A program made the position numbers and the translations under genes. The notes beneath the pieces were generated by a model, which was given only the letters and a program-made list of their open reading frames with translations, made no database searches and was not told the DNA's origin. 64,000 nucleotides of DNA from Candidatus Latescibacterota bacterium. GTDB taxonomy: Bacteria > Latescibacterota > UBA2968 > UBA8231. Positions 27,665 to 37,049 of this stretch are shown piece by piece (position 1 is the first letter of the stretch; every line of letters starts with the position of its first letter). The stretch is from the NCBI GenBank assembly GCA_965217585.1, contig OZ244561.1:4512001-4576000 (forward strand), written 5' to 3'.

Positions 27665-29056
27665 TCACAGGGACTGCAAAAAGGCCACGAGCGCGTCCCG
27701 GTCGCTCTGGTTGAGTTGGCGCACGAATTCCCGCGCTGTTGCCGCCTCGCCGCCGTGGAACATGATGGCTTCCATCAGCGTGCGGGCCCGTCCATCGTGC
27801 AGATACGCTGGAATGCCATTGACCGTTGCCGTCAGGCCAATGCCCCACAGCGGCGGCGTGCGCCATTCGCGGCCATCGGCCTCAAAGTCGGGACGGTCGT
27901 CGGCCAACTCTTCCCCCATGTCGTGCAACAGCAGATCCGTGTAGGGATGAATGGTCTGGTTGGATAGGGCCGCAATCTCGTGGTGGCCCGTCTGCAAGGT
28001 GGGGATGTGGCACCCCGAGCACTGGGCCGCAGCAAATATCTCTTCGCCGCGCAAAGCCTGCGGATCGTCGATGTTGCGGCGGGCGGGCACTGCTAGAGTT
28101 TGCACGTAAAAGGTGTTGATATCCAGCGTCTCCTGGCCAATTTCAGGATCGTCTTGGTGCTCGTCTATTTGCGGCTGGCCGGCGGAGGACTCCTCGGGGA
28201 AATAGGGGCTGGTGATGCCCATGTCTTGGTGGTAAGCCCCGGCGACCTGCTGCAACAGGTCGGGATTGTTGGCCTTGAGGCCAAAGCGGCCCAATTCGGT
28301 CTGTTGCGTGCGGAAGTTGTACACCCGATTGGGGCGGCCAGATACGCCGTCGCCATCGCTGTCGCCGGGGTCGGCCAGCGCCAGAATAGTCTCTTCGGGG
28401 ATGGCTTCGAGCAGGCCGCGGCCAAATACCGGCGGGGCCATGCGCGGCGAGAACAGGGCGTCCGCCGGCAGCGGTTGATAGGTCTCCACTACGTCGTAAA
28501 CCGGAAAGCGCAGGGAGTACTCTGCGCCGTCGGCAAAATGGTGGGTCTCCTCAAAGTAGGTGACGTCGATCCGCGCTTCGGGTGCGATCCCGAAAACGGC
28601 GCGATCCCCAATCTGTTCGCCAAAGCCCGGCACCGGCTGCGGTCCACCAGGCACTTCGGGGTTGGTGCCGGGCAAGCTGACCCGCATGAGCATAGAGCCG
28701 ATAAAAGGGGCGGTATCGCCAAACCCTTCGCGCCCCCGGCCATCGCGGGCGTGACAGCCCACGCACGAGGTTTGATTGAAAACCGGTCCTAGGCCATGCC
28801 CCACTTCGGCCGGCGCGGTGACAAAGACCTGTTCAAAGGCCGCGTCCCCGGCCAAAAAGCGGTCCATGTCCATCCCGTTCAAAGAGGGGATGGGGTTTTC
28901 AAACGCCAGACTGCTGGCGTCAAAGACCGTCGCCGCCCCGCCCGACAGTGCGCGGTCGTCCTCCACGGGAGTCGGTCCTAACCCACGGTCGTCGCTGCAC
29001 TGGGTGAGCGTAGCTAGAAGGCCCATATAGAGTATGGACGTACGGGTAATGATCAT
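27665..29056 (-). CDS. Di-heme oxidoreductase (DHOR/DUF1111) lipoprotein
   Basis: Two CxxCH (CVGCH, CSGCH), GRFGLKA, YTDLLLHDMG, WRTPPLWG, LHDGRART. Confidence 0.9.
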   Translation of the reverse strand: MIITRTSILYMGLLATLTQCSDDRGLGPTPVEDDRALSGGAATVFDASSLAFENPIPSLNGMDMDRFLAGDAAFEQVFVTAPAEVGHGLGPVFNQTSCVGCHARDGRGREGFGDTAPFIGSMLMRVSLPGTNPEVPGGPQPVPGFGEQIGDRAVFGIAPEARIDVTYFEETHHFADGAEYSLRFPVYDVVETYQPLPADALFSPRMAPPVFGRGLLEAIPEETILALADPGDSDGDGVSGRPNRVYNFRTQQTELGRFGLKANNPDLLQQVAGAYHQDMGITSPYFPEESSAGQPQIDEHQDDPEIGQETLDINTFYVQTLAVPARRNIDDPQALRGEEIFAAAQCSGCHIPTLQTGHHEIAALSNQTIHPYTDLLLHDMGEELADDRPDFEADGREWRTPPLWGIGLTATVNGIPAYLHDGRARTLMEAIMFHGGEAATAREFVRQLNQSDRDALVAFLQSL

Positions 29057-29070
29057 TGCGAGAAATGAAT

Positions 29071-30147
29071 TTAATTACCTAAAACCAGCGGCAGGATATC
29101 TTCCGCCAAGGTTTGCTGGACTTTGGCCACTGCGGCCTGTGCCTTTTCGATTTGGTCCCGATCCGAGGCAATGGCGTCGCGGAAGGGCTGCTGGATACGG
29201 CCGATCTCGGCGATGGCCGTCTGGATTTCCCGTTTGAGCCGCTGATCTAGGTCGGCGTCGGCTTGGCGGATGAATTCGTCCAAGCCCTCGCCGGTGCCCG
29301 CGTAGTCGCCGGTATAGACGTGCTGGACGCTGCGGAGGTTGTTCTGGAAGTCGGCGATAGAATTGAAGCTGAATTGGGATTCGACGAGGCGGGGATCTTC
29401 CTCGACGAAGGGGTCGGCGATTTTGCCGTTGGCCACCTCGTCGCAGATGCCGATCATGCCGTTGACCATTTCCTGGACTGCCGACTGGGCGGACGGATAA
29501 GCGTCGCTGCCATTGCCGGCGTCGCGGACCTTTTGACCAAAGTTGCCGCCACTGGGGATCCAGCTATTGTGCAGGGCACTGGCCGTGGCTTGCAGATCTT
29601 GGGTCGTGGCGATCAGATAGGCGAACTCGCGCTCGGTGAAATCGGCCGCAGTTTTACTGCCTCCTTCGTCAAAGAGCAGGTACTCGATGGTGTGGAAGCC
29701 CTTGAGGGTTCCGTCCAGCCCGCCCACGTACGCGGTCGTCAAGTCGTTGTCGCTGGCCAATACCCCGTTCAAATCCGTGCGGTTGACCGGCCAACTGTCG
29801 AGCGACGGATCGTAGCCGTTGAAGTCCACCGGCCCAAAGAGGAATCCCTCGCTGGCTTCCCAGGGGATGCGCGTGGCCACCCAAGCGTCCCGGGCAGCAC
29901 TGAGGTTTCCAGCCGTAGGATCGCTGCTCAGGGCCTCGATCGCGGCAAGCAGTTCGCCCGCCCGCTCGTCCAAGTCCGCGTACGTGGCAATGACGACTTG
30001 GTCGGTGAAGTTGCTCAAGATGGGCGCAAAGTCGAACTCAGCCGCGGCTGGCCCGGTGGGCGCGTCGCTGTCGTCGCCGCAGCCGGCAACCAGCAGCAGA
30101 CTGCAAGCGGCTAGTCCGATCCCCAATCGCAAGAACGTGGCTTTCAT
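29071..30147 (-). CDS. Imelysin (peptidase M75/IrpA-like) iron-regulated lipoprotein
   Basis: Lipobox VAGC; EGFLFGP, LDSWP, GFHTIEYLL (GxHxxE). Confidence 0.88.
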   Translation of the reverse strand: MKATFLRLGIGLAACSLLLVAGCGDDSDAPTGPAAAEFDFAPILSNFTDQVVIATYADLDERAGELLAAIEALSSDPTAGNLSAARDAWVATRIPWEASEGFLFGPVDFNGYDPSLDSWPVNRTDLNGVLASDNDLTTAYVGGLDGTLKGFHTIEYLLFDEGGSKTAADFTEREFAYLIATTQDLQATASALHNSWIPSGGNFGQKVRDAGNGSDAYPSAQSAVQEMVNGMIGICDEVANGKIADPFVEEDPRLVESQFSFNSIADFQNNLRSVQHVYTGDYAGTGEGLDEFIRQADADLDQRLKREIQTAIAEIGRIQQPFRDAIASDRDQIEKAQAAVAKVQQTLAEDILPLVLGN

Positions 30148-30233
30148 AAGGGTCGCTCCTTTTCGTCAGAATTGAAATCCAGCGCACAGGCGACTTCCAC
30201 CCGTGCCTGGTTTCACGGTGAATGGCTCTTTTT

Positions 30234-31490
30234 TTAGAACTGAAATCCCAGTCCTAAGCTCAAGGTGTTTTCAGGGTTAAAGCGGGCGGCACCCAGTCGC
30301 CGCATGGCGTAATCGGCCTTGAGTACCACGGTTTCTTCCATGTTGTAGTTTGCGCCGAGGGTATAGACCCGACGCGCAAAGCGCGGATTGTCAAAGGTTT
30401 GGTCCGGGACCGCGGCCATACTGTCGTATGCGTCTAAGCGGATGAACAGGTCTAAGCGGTCGGGTGAGGGAGCGGCCAGCCAAGGCAGCACGTCGTAGCC
30501 GACCTCGACGAAGGCCGCATACGCCGCCCGGGCCACTGGCGAGCGCAAGACATCGAGATTGTTCGATAGGGTGCGGTTGCGGGCGCTGACGAGGGCGGCA
30601 TTCTGCAGATGCCCATAGAGGTATAGCCCGCGCGCGCGGACCCGCCCCCAGTCGAAGCTGCCGTGCACATCGACGATGGAGACATGCGCGTCAATCCCTG
30701 CCATATCGGGCTTGGGGCGGTTGTCGGCACTGTCGCCGCGATAGCCAGAAATACCCAGCGCACATTGCGGCGCGAACTGATAATCGAGGCGGGCGACCCA
30801 AGCCATATTGGTCGCCTGAATCGTCTCAAAGCGCTTTTGGTGGCCGCCGACGATCCAGTTTTGCGAGCTGAAACCGGTCGCGTCTAAGCCATTGACTAGC
30901 TGTAGCTGGTAGCGCCAGCCTCGGTAGGCCCCGGAGACCTCCACGCCGGTCTCGTGCCAGAGGGCCGGGATGATGGAAGTCTCGGCTTCCGAACGCCGAG
31001 TGCCGAAAAAATCGGCGGGATGGAAGTGATGGCTTATGTGGCCCACGGCGACGTAGAAATGCCCCAGGCGGACGCGGAAGGCATCGTTGAATGTCCGCTC
31101 GACGGCCAGCTCCTCGACGATGACTTCGCCGCCTTTTTCGATTTCCTGCTCGAACTCGCCGAATTCCTCAAACTCCAATTCCAGCGCGGCACCAGCTCCG
31201 CCGTGCTCAAATTCCACCTCGGCTGCCAACTCCGTATTTTTGAGCAACTCGACTTCCAGTTCGAGTGCGAGGCGGGTGATGTCGATGATGGCGCGGCTGT
31301 CTGGGGGGGAGCCGTTGGGACCGCTTTTTTGGTCGGGGCCGAAATCGAAGTGGGAATAGAGTAGCTCGCCGTAGCCTTCTAGATGAAAAGACGGCCCTGC
31401 GGAGGCGTTCGCACCTTGCACGGGTAAGGAAGAAAGAAGGATAAATAGCTGAAAAATATGGAGATAAGGTTTATTAAGTGCGCGTCGCAT
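30234..31490 (-). CDS. Outer-membrane porin-like beta-barrel of iron-uptake locus
   Basis: Signal peptide, EVEFEHGG motif, alternating strands, C-terminal GFQF. Confidence 0.75.
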   Translation of the reverse strand: MRRALNKPYLHIFQLFILLSSLPVQGANASAGPSFHLEGYGELLYSHFDFGPDQKSGPNGSPPDSRAIIDITRLALELEVELLKNTELAAEVEFEHGGAGAALELEFEEFGEFEQEIEKGGEVIVEELAVERTFNDAFRVRLGHFYVAVGHISHHFHPADFFGTRRSEAETSIIPALWHETGVEVSGAYRGWRYQLQLVNGLDATGFSSQNWIVGGHQKRFETIQATNMAWVARLDYQFAPQCALGISGYRGDSADNRPKPDMAGIDAHVSIVDVHGSFDWGRVRARGLYLYGHLQNAALVSARNRTLSNNLDVLRSPVARAAYAAFVEVGYDVLPWLAAPSPDRLDLFIRLDAYDSMAAVPDQTFDNPRFARRVYTLGANYNMEETVVLKADYAMRRLGAARFNPENTLSLGLGFQF

Positions 31491-31562
31491 GGATTGGATG
31501 AGGGGAGTCGTATTACTATTACATATTTTCTGTAAGTAAAACCAAAGTTTTCTTTAATATCT

Positions 31563-31586
31563 TTTTGTTTTATATATCAAACAAAA
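31563..31586. promoter_or_regulatory. 24-bp AT-rich palindrome, candidate metal-responsive repressor operator
   Basis: TTTTGTTTTATATATCAAACAAAA, 11 of 12 pairs complementary, between the divergent porin operon and glnD. Confidence 0.55.
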
Positions 31587-31731
31587 GTATAGGGCGTATT
31601 CATATCTGTCAAGAACATTATTTGCCGTTAAGGCACCTAACCGCCGAGGATGATGCAAATGACCCGCCAACCGTGCGGAGGACTTTTTTGCATTCGACTT
31701 CGCAGTATATTTATTGGATTTGGAAAAGGCT

Positions 31732-34332
31732 ATGGGATTTGTAGAAACATTTGCTGACTCGCTAAAAGAGATGCCCCGCGCGCCGATGGGGGAGGCCCTG
31801 CGGCCGCTGTGGAGCGAGGCCCTCGCGGACATCAAAGCCGAGCACGAGGCCGGAGCCGACGGGCAGGCCGTGGCCCGGCGGATCGCCGAGGCCATGGACG
31901 CTGTGGTGCTGTCTATCTACCGGAGCGCCGTGCCCCAGACGGCTGGCCCCCACGCGCTGGTGGCGCTGGGCGGGTACGGCCGCTGCGAAATGGCGCCGCA
32001 TTCCGATGTTGACTTGCTCTTCCTGTTCGCCAAGAGCCAAGACAAGGTTCCCGAAGTGGTCGCCGGCGTATTCAATCCGCTCTGGGACTTGGGGTTTGAG
32101 GTGGGGCACAGCAGTCGCACGTTGGACGAGGTGGTCCGGGCGGTGCGCGAAGATTTGGAGTCGCGCACGGCGATGATGGACGGCCGCCTACTGGCTGGCG
32201 ACGCCGCGCTTTTCGCCCAGTTCCAAAAGCAGCTCTACAAGCGCGTGCCCAAGCGCACGATCACCGAGCTGAATCGGCTGCGCCAGCAGCGGCTCGAAGC
32301 GCGGCAGTCCGTCCAGCTTTTAGAGCCGAATGTCAAGGAGAGTCCCGGGGGCCTGCGCGAGATGCAGATGTTCGAGTGGGCGCTCAAGGCCAAGGCCAAA
32401 GCGCCCGAGTGCGGCGATTTGTGCGCGCAGTATCTCGATGGCGGCAGTGAGAGTCTCGCCAAGAGCCGCGCCTTCCTCTGGCGAGTGCGGCACGCGCTCC
32501 ACTTTGCCGTGGGCCGCAAGCGCGATGTGCTAGAGCACGATCTCAAGCCGAAGATCGCGGCCGCCTTGGGCTATGAGGACCAAGATCAAGAGTTGGCGGC
32601 CGAGTGCTTTATGCGCGATTACTACCTACATGCGCGCACTGTGTACCACCTAGTGGAGCGGGCCTTCCAGCGGTTGACGCGCAAGCCGCGCAACAGCAGC
32701 CGCAGCATGTATCTAGAGCGCGGCGTGGCCGCGGTGGAAGGGGAGATCGTCCTCACCGATGACGAGGCGTACTTTGCCGCTGATCCCCTACGCCTGCTGA
32801 AGATTTTCTTTACGGCTCAGAGCAAGAGCTTGAAGCTGAGCGATCAGGTGCAGTGTGCGGTGCGCGCCAGTCTGCCGCTGATCGACGACGAATTCAGACG
32901 CCTGCCAGCGGCCCGCGACTTGTTCTTCAAGATACTCAAGCGCAAATACCGCACGGCGCGCACCCTCCGGCGCATGCACGACCTAGGAGTCTTGGGCGCG
33001 TACTTGCCCGAGTTTGGGCGGCTGACCTGCTTGGTCCAATACGACATTTACCACATCTACACAGTCGATGAGCACACGCTGGTCGCGCTGGAAAACTTGG
33101 AAGCCCTCGGTCAGAAGGAGGGGAGCATGTCGGCGATCCTCGCCCAATGTACGCGCCGCGACCTGCTGTTCTTCGCCGTGCTCTTGCACGATGTGGGCAA
33201 GTGGAAGCGCAACGACCACATCGCGCGCGGCATTGAGATGACCGAGGAGCTGAGCGAGCGGATGGGGCTGGACCAAGAGGAGCGGTCCATGCTGCGCTTC
33301 CTCGTGAAGCACCACCAAGACATGGTGCTGATCTCTAGGCGGCGCAATCTCGACGACTACGAGATGATCGCCGAGTTCGCCGGTTTGTTCGCCAGCGAGG
33401 AATGGCTGCGCGCTCTCTACTTGGTTTCATACGCCGACCTGTCGGCTGTTGCGCCCGACGCTTGGACCGACTGGCAAGGGGCTTTGCTGTGGGAATTGTA
33501 CCACAAGACGGCCGAGCAATTGCACTCGGACATGCAGGCTCTAGAGGCCAAACAGCGCGCGCGCCAGAAGCTCAACGAGCACCTCGATCACATCGAGGGC
33601 CGCTGGTCGGCCCAGCGGGTCGTCCAGTTCCAAGAGCACATTGAGCAGCTATCCCCCAGCTACTTGGTGGCCTACGACCGCGAGCAAATCAAGGTGCATC
33701 TGGAGATGATCGCCCGCCTGGGCCGCGAGCAGCCTTTTGTCTTGGAATTCATCGAGCACGAGGGGCACACCGAGATCGTCGTCTGCACCCGTGACCAGCG
33801 CCAGATCATGGCCAAGATCTGCGGCGCTTTGGCCGTCAACGACATCAACATCCTCCGCGCGGATGTCAATACCCGCGCTGACGACGTCGTGCTCGACATT
33901 TTCCAGGTGACCGACATCGACGACAGCCCGGTGCTGCCCGACTGGAAGAAGGAGCGCATGCGCGAGCGGGTGGCCGAGGTTATTTCGCTGCGGCTCAAGG
34001 CCCGCGACTTGATAGCGCGCTACAGCAGCAGTTGGGATCGCCGCCGTCGGCAGCGGCAGTACGACCAGCCGCCTCGCATCGCGTTCGACAATCAGATTTC
34101 GGCCCGCTACACAGTTGTCGATATCGAAGCCCAAGACACCGTGGGTCTGCTCTACAGAATCGCGTACCTGCTGGACGAGCTGGATCTCAACATTCACCGC
34201 GCCATTATCAATACGGTGGCGGCGCGGGCGCAAGACGCCTTCTACATCGTCGATGCCGAGGGGCAGAAAATCGCCAGCTACGAAGAACTCGACCGGATAC
34301 AGCAGTACCTGCTCGACGGGCTGGCGTCTTAA
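31732..34332 (+). CDS. glnD: [Protein-PII] uridylyltransferase/uridylyl-removing enzyme
   Basis: ALGGYGR..PHSDVD, EPNVKESPGGLR, YHIYTVDEH, LLHDVGK, two ACT domains; alternative TTG start 31714. Confidence 0.95.
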   Translation: MGFVETFADSLKEMPRAPMGEALRPLWSEALADIKAEHEAGADGQAVARRIAEAMDAVVLSIYRSAVPQTAGPHALVALGGYGRCEMAPHSDVDLLFLFAKSQDKVPEVVAGVFNPLWDLGFEVGHSSRTLDEVVRAVREDLESRTAMMDGRLLAGDAALFAQFQKQLYKRVPKRTITELNRLRQQRLEARQSVQLLEPNVKESPGGLREMQMFEWALKAKAKAPECGDLCAQYLDGGSESLAKSRAFLWRVRHALHFAVGRKRDVLEHDLKPKIAAALGYEDQDQELAAECFMRDYYLHARTVYHLVERAFQRLTRKPRNSSRSMYLERGVAAVEGEIVLTDDEAYFAADPLRLLKIFFTAQSKSLKLSDQVQCAVRASLPLIDDEFRRLPAARDLFFKILKRKYRTARTLRRMHDLGVLGAYLPEFGRLTCLVQYDIYHIYTVDEHTLVALENLEALGQKEGSMSAILAQCTRRDLLFFAVLLHDVGKWKRNDHIARGIEMTEELSERMGLDQEERSMLRFLVKHHQDMVLISRRRNLDDYEMIAEFAGLFASEEWLRALYLVSYADLSAVAPDAWTDWQGALLWELYHKTAEQLHSDMQALEAKQRARQKLNEHLDHIEGRWSAQRVVQFQEHIEQLSPSYLVAYDREQIKVHLEMIARLGREQPFVLEFIEHEGHTEIVVCTRDQRQIMAKICGALAVNDINILRADVNTRADDVVLDIFQVTDIDDSPVLPDWKKERMRERVAEVISLRLKARDLIARYSSSWDRRRRQRQYDQPPRIAFDNQISARYTVVDIEAQDTVGLLYRIAYLLDELDLNIHRAIINTVAARAQDAFYIVDAEGQKIASYEELDRIQQYLLDGLAS

Positions 34333-34898
34333 TGCTCAAAGAAGGTCAACTCGTCAAAGCCATTCCCCTAGAAGGGGGACAGGTGCTATGCCGCTATCCG
34401 CGCTGGCAGGACATACCCTCGTACGTCGAAATGTGCCAGATTCTGCACCGCGAGCGGGTGCGGGCCTATCACGCTGATACGGATTTCGCCCTGGGCTGCC
34501 AACGCTTGGCCCAGATCATGGTCGAAGTCGAGACAGGTCAGGCCTCCCACCTTTTGCTGGAGGTGGATGGACGCATTATCGGCGAGGGCCGCATGGCCCC
34601 TCACAACCGGGTCATGGGGATTTTAGGAATCAAAATCATCGGCGAGTACCAGGGTCGGCACTTGGGCACGGCGCTGATGGGAGTTTTGGAGGAAGAGGCG
34701 CGCAAAATGGAGCTGCAGCAGATCTACCTGACTGTATTCGCCAATAACACCTCTGCCCGCCGTTTGTACGAAAAGGTCGGTTACCGGCAAGTGGGGCGCA
34801 TTGCCGAATGGTTCAGTGAAGAGGACGAAGACGGTCCTATTGCACTGGTGGACAGAATAGATATGATGAAACGCATAGAGCCGGAGACTCGAGAATGA
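34332..34898 (+). CDS. GNAT family acetyltransferase
   Basis: YQGRHLGTALM, NTSARRLYEKVGY; TAATG coupling to glnD. Confidence 0.85.
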   Translation: MLKEGQLVKAIPLEGGQVLCRYPRWQDIPSYVEMCQILHRERVRAYHADTDFALGCQRLAQIMVEVETGQASHLLLEVDGRIIGEGRMAPHNRVMGILGIKIIGEYQGRHLGTALMGVLEEEARKMELQQIYLTVFANNTSARRLYEKVGYRQVGRIAEWFSEEDEDGPIALVDRIDMMKRIEPETRE

Positions 34899-34967
34899 AG
34901 ACACCTGCGATCATTTTCACCGACAACGGCTGGCGTCTTAGATCTGTAAATTCATAGAGGAGACCAA

Positions 34968-35381
34968 ATGTCAGAGCATCTCAAGCCAACCTGCAAAGTG
35001 ATTCGTGGCCGAGAAACCTACGAAGGCAAACAGGCACTCTCCTATATTTCGGGGATCGCAGCCGAGACCACCGGCTCGCAGGGGATTTGCATGCACCTGC
35101 TGAACATGCCTCCTAAAGAACGAGCGAAGGCACACCTGCACGAAAACCACGAGACAGCTATTTATGTCATCAGCGGCCAAGCTGGAATGTGGTATGGCGA
35201 GCGGCTGGAGGAGCATGAATCCATCAACAGCGGCGACTTTGTTTACATCCCCGCCGGCATCCCTCACCTTCCCTACAATCCCAGCGAGACTGAGACCTGC
35301 ACTGCTGTGATCGCCCGGACGGATCCCAACGAACAAGAGAGCGTTAAACTCTTACCCGAACTGGACGGGATACACTGCTAG
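34968..35381 (+). CDS. Cupin domain protein
   Basis: AHLHENHETAIY, GDFVYIPAGIPH. Confidence 0.88.
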   Translation: MSEHLKPTCKVIRGRETYEGKQALSYISGIAAETTGSQGICMHLLNMPPKERAKAHLHENHETAIYVISGQAGMWYGERLEEHESINSGDFVYIPAGIPHLPYNPSETETCTAVIARTDPNEQESVKLLPELDGIHC

Positions 35382-35407
35382 ACAAAGGCGGGAAGGGAAG
35401 GTGCTCT

Positions 35408-35806
35408 ATGAGCGACGTTAAATGCGCGAGGATGCTGCTGGATGCGGCTGAGCGCAATGTCGCGGCACTTCGCGTCATGTGCCGTTCCGACGAAATCTCC
35501 GACGAGATTTTCGGCTTTCACGTTCAGCAGGCCGCCGAGAAGCTGTCCAAGGCTTGGATCTCACTGCTGGGCGAGGTGTATCCGCTGACCGACAATATCG
35601 AAAGATTGCTCAATCTCCTCGCCGATCAAGGCGTCGCTGTAGAGTCCTTCCGCAAGCTGATCGATTACACTCCATACGCCGTCGAGTTCCGTTATACAGG
35701 TGTCGGCTCAAGTACCGAAGCAATCGATCGCGCTGGTGCGCTCGCGATCGTCGAATCGTTGCTGGAGCAGGTTCGGCGGCGGTTGGCAGAGGTGGAGGGG
35801 GTGTGA
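35408..35806 (+). CDS. HEPN-domain protein of HEPN/MNT type, no MNT partner adjacent
   Basis: GFHVQQAAEK..KA, YAVEFRY. Confidence 0.75.
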   Translation: MSDVKCARMLLDAAERNVAALRVMCRSDEISDEIFGFHVQQAAEKLSKAWISLLGEVYPLTDNIERLLNLLADQGVAVESFRKLIDYTPYAVEFRYTGVGSSTEAIDRAGALAIVESLLEQVRRRLAEVEGV

Positions 35807-36020
35807 TGGAAATGCTGATTTCGTAGTCGATGCGATTCAGCAGAAGATGAACAGTCTTTAGGCATTCAACAGGGTGCTATAAGTCAAAGGTGTCCTGCGA
35901 AAAGAAGTGGAAAAACTCGAAATTTCCCTTCCTTCATTTTTAATCCAACAGAAATTTGCAGACTCGGTTTCTGATATTATGAGATTAGAAGCCGACCGAT
36001 TCGAGGCATACCGCCACTTA

Positions 36021-36890
36021 GAAGCTGTTGAGTTATTCAGATGCATTTAGCGACCGTACTCTTTATCATGGCAATACGAATCATGTTCTCTGCGGATTGG
36101 GTGAGGATTTCGAAGTCTTTCGCCAAGCGTCGAAATCCACCCAACCAAGCCAAGGTTCGTTCGATGATCCAGCGTTTGGGCACCACTTGGAACCCTTGGG
36201 TTGGTTTATCCGCTATATCGAGTCGCAACCCCAACAGGTTTTCAACGAATTCAACGGTGGTACCGCGATAGCCTTGGTCGCCGCAGAAGGCTTCGACCGA
36301 ATCATACTTTTCCGCGACCCGATCACATACGTCCCATCCTTGGCTGGTATCGGCCACATGGGCGGCATGTACTTGGATGGTCAGCATATTACCCAGCGTA
36401 TCGGTGGCGAGGTGGCGTTTACGTCCTTTGATCTTTTTTCCCCCCATCCACGCCTCGATCCTGACTGGCATATTGGGTTTTAACCGATTGCGAATCGATC
36501 AAGGCATAGGTCGGATGTTCGTTTTTGCCCTGCTTGTGACGGGCGCGCTCATTCAGCGCGTCCAAGGCTTGTTCCCACACGCCACGCTGATTCCAGCGTC
36601 GGTAATGGTCATAGACGGTATCCCAAGGGGGAAAATCAAGCGGCAGCATCCGCCACGGAATACCCCCTTTGACGACATATAAAATGGCATTGACCACCTC
36701 GCGTTTGGCATACTTGCCGGGGTTGCCCCGGGGATCAGGACGGTCGAAAAACCCCGCGATCAGGGCCCATTCTGGATCAGTCAAGTCACTTGGATACCCG
36801 CCCATACTAAAAGCCTCCCTGCGCAAAAAAGACAGCAAGCAATACATTATACATACAATACATACAGAGCTTTTTTAACTCAACAGCTTC
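36021..36890 (-). mobile_element. IS5-family insertion sequence, 870 bp
   Basis: Perfect 15-bp TIRs GAAGCTGTTGAGTTA (36021-36035) and TAACTCAACAGCTTC (36876-36890); TTA duplicated at 36018-20 and 36891-93. Confidence 0.93.
36037..36805 (-). CDS. IS5-family transposase in two frames (36419-36805 and 36037-about 36447)
   Basis: YPSDLTDPEW, IDSQSVK, GKKIKGRKRH, DQGY, RWIIERTLAWL; frames meet at a G6A6G run. Confidence 0.88.
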
Positions 36891-37049
36891 TTAGAGACTC
36901 TATTTCAGGCCAGCCTCCACAGTACTTTCTCCGGTGACCTGACCACCTATTGGCGCGAGGCACATAAGGAGGAACTGCTCCAAGAAAGATAGAGCGGCAG
37001 GCTAAAGAAATCTCTCACGTAGAAACGAAACTGGGGTAATTCCAGTAAT

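Larger units (their letters stand above)
35883..37039 (+). pseudogene. hsdS: Decayed type I R-M specificity subunit C-terminus, interrupted by IS
   Basis: Removing the IS and one TTA joins VKGVLRKEVEKLEISLPSFLIQQKFADSV...RHL to ETLFQASLHSTFSGDLTTYWREAHKEELLQE in frame; further frameshifts nearby. Confidence 0.7.
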
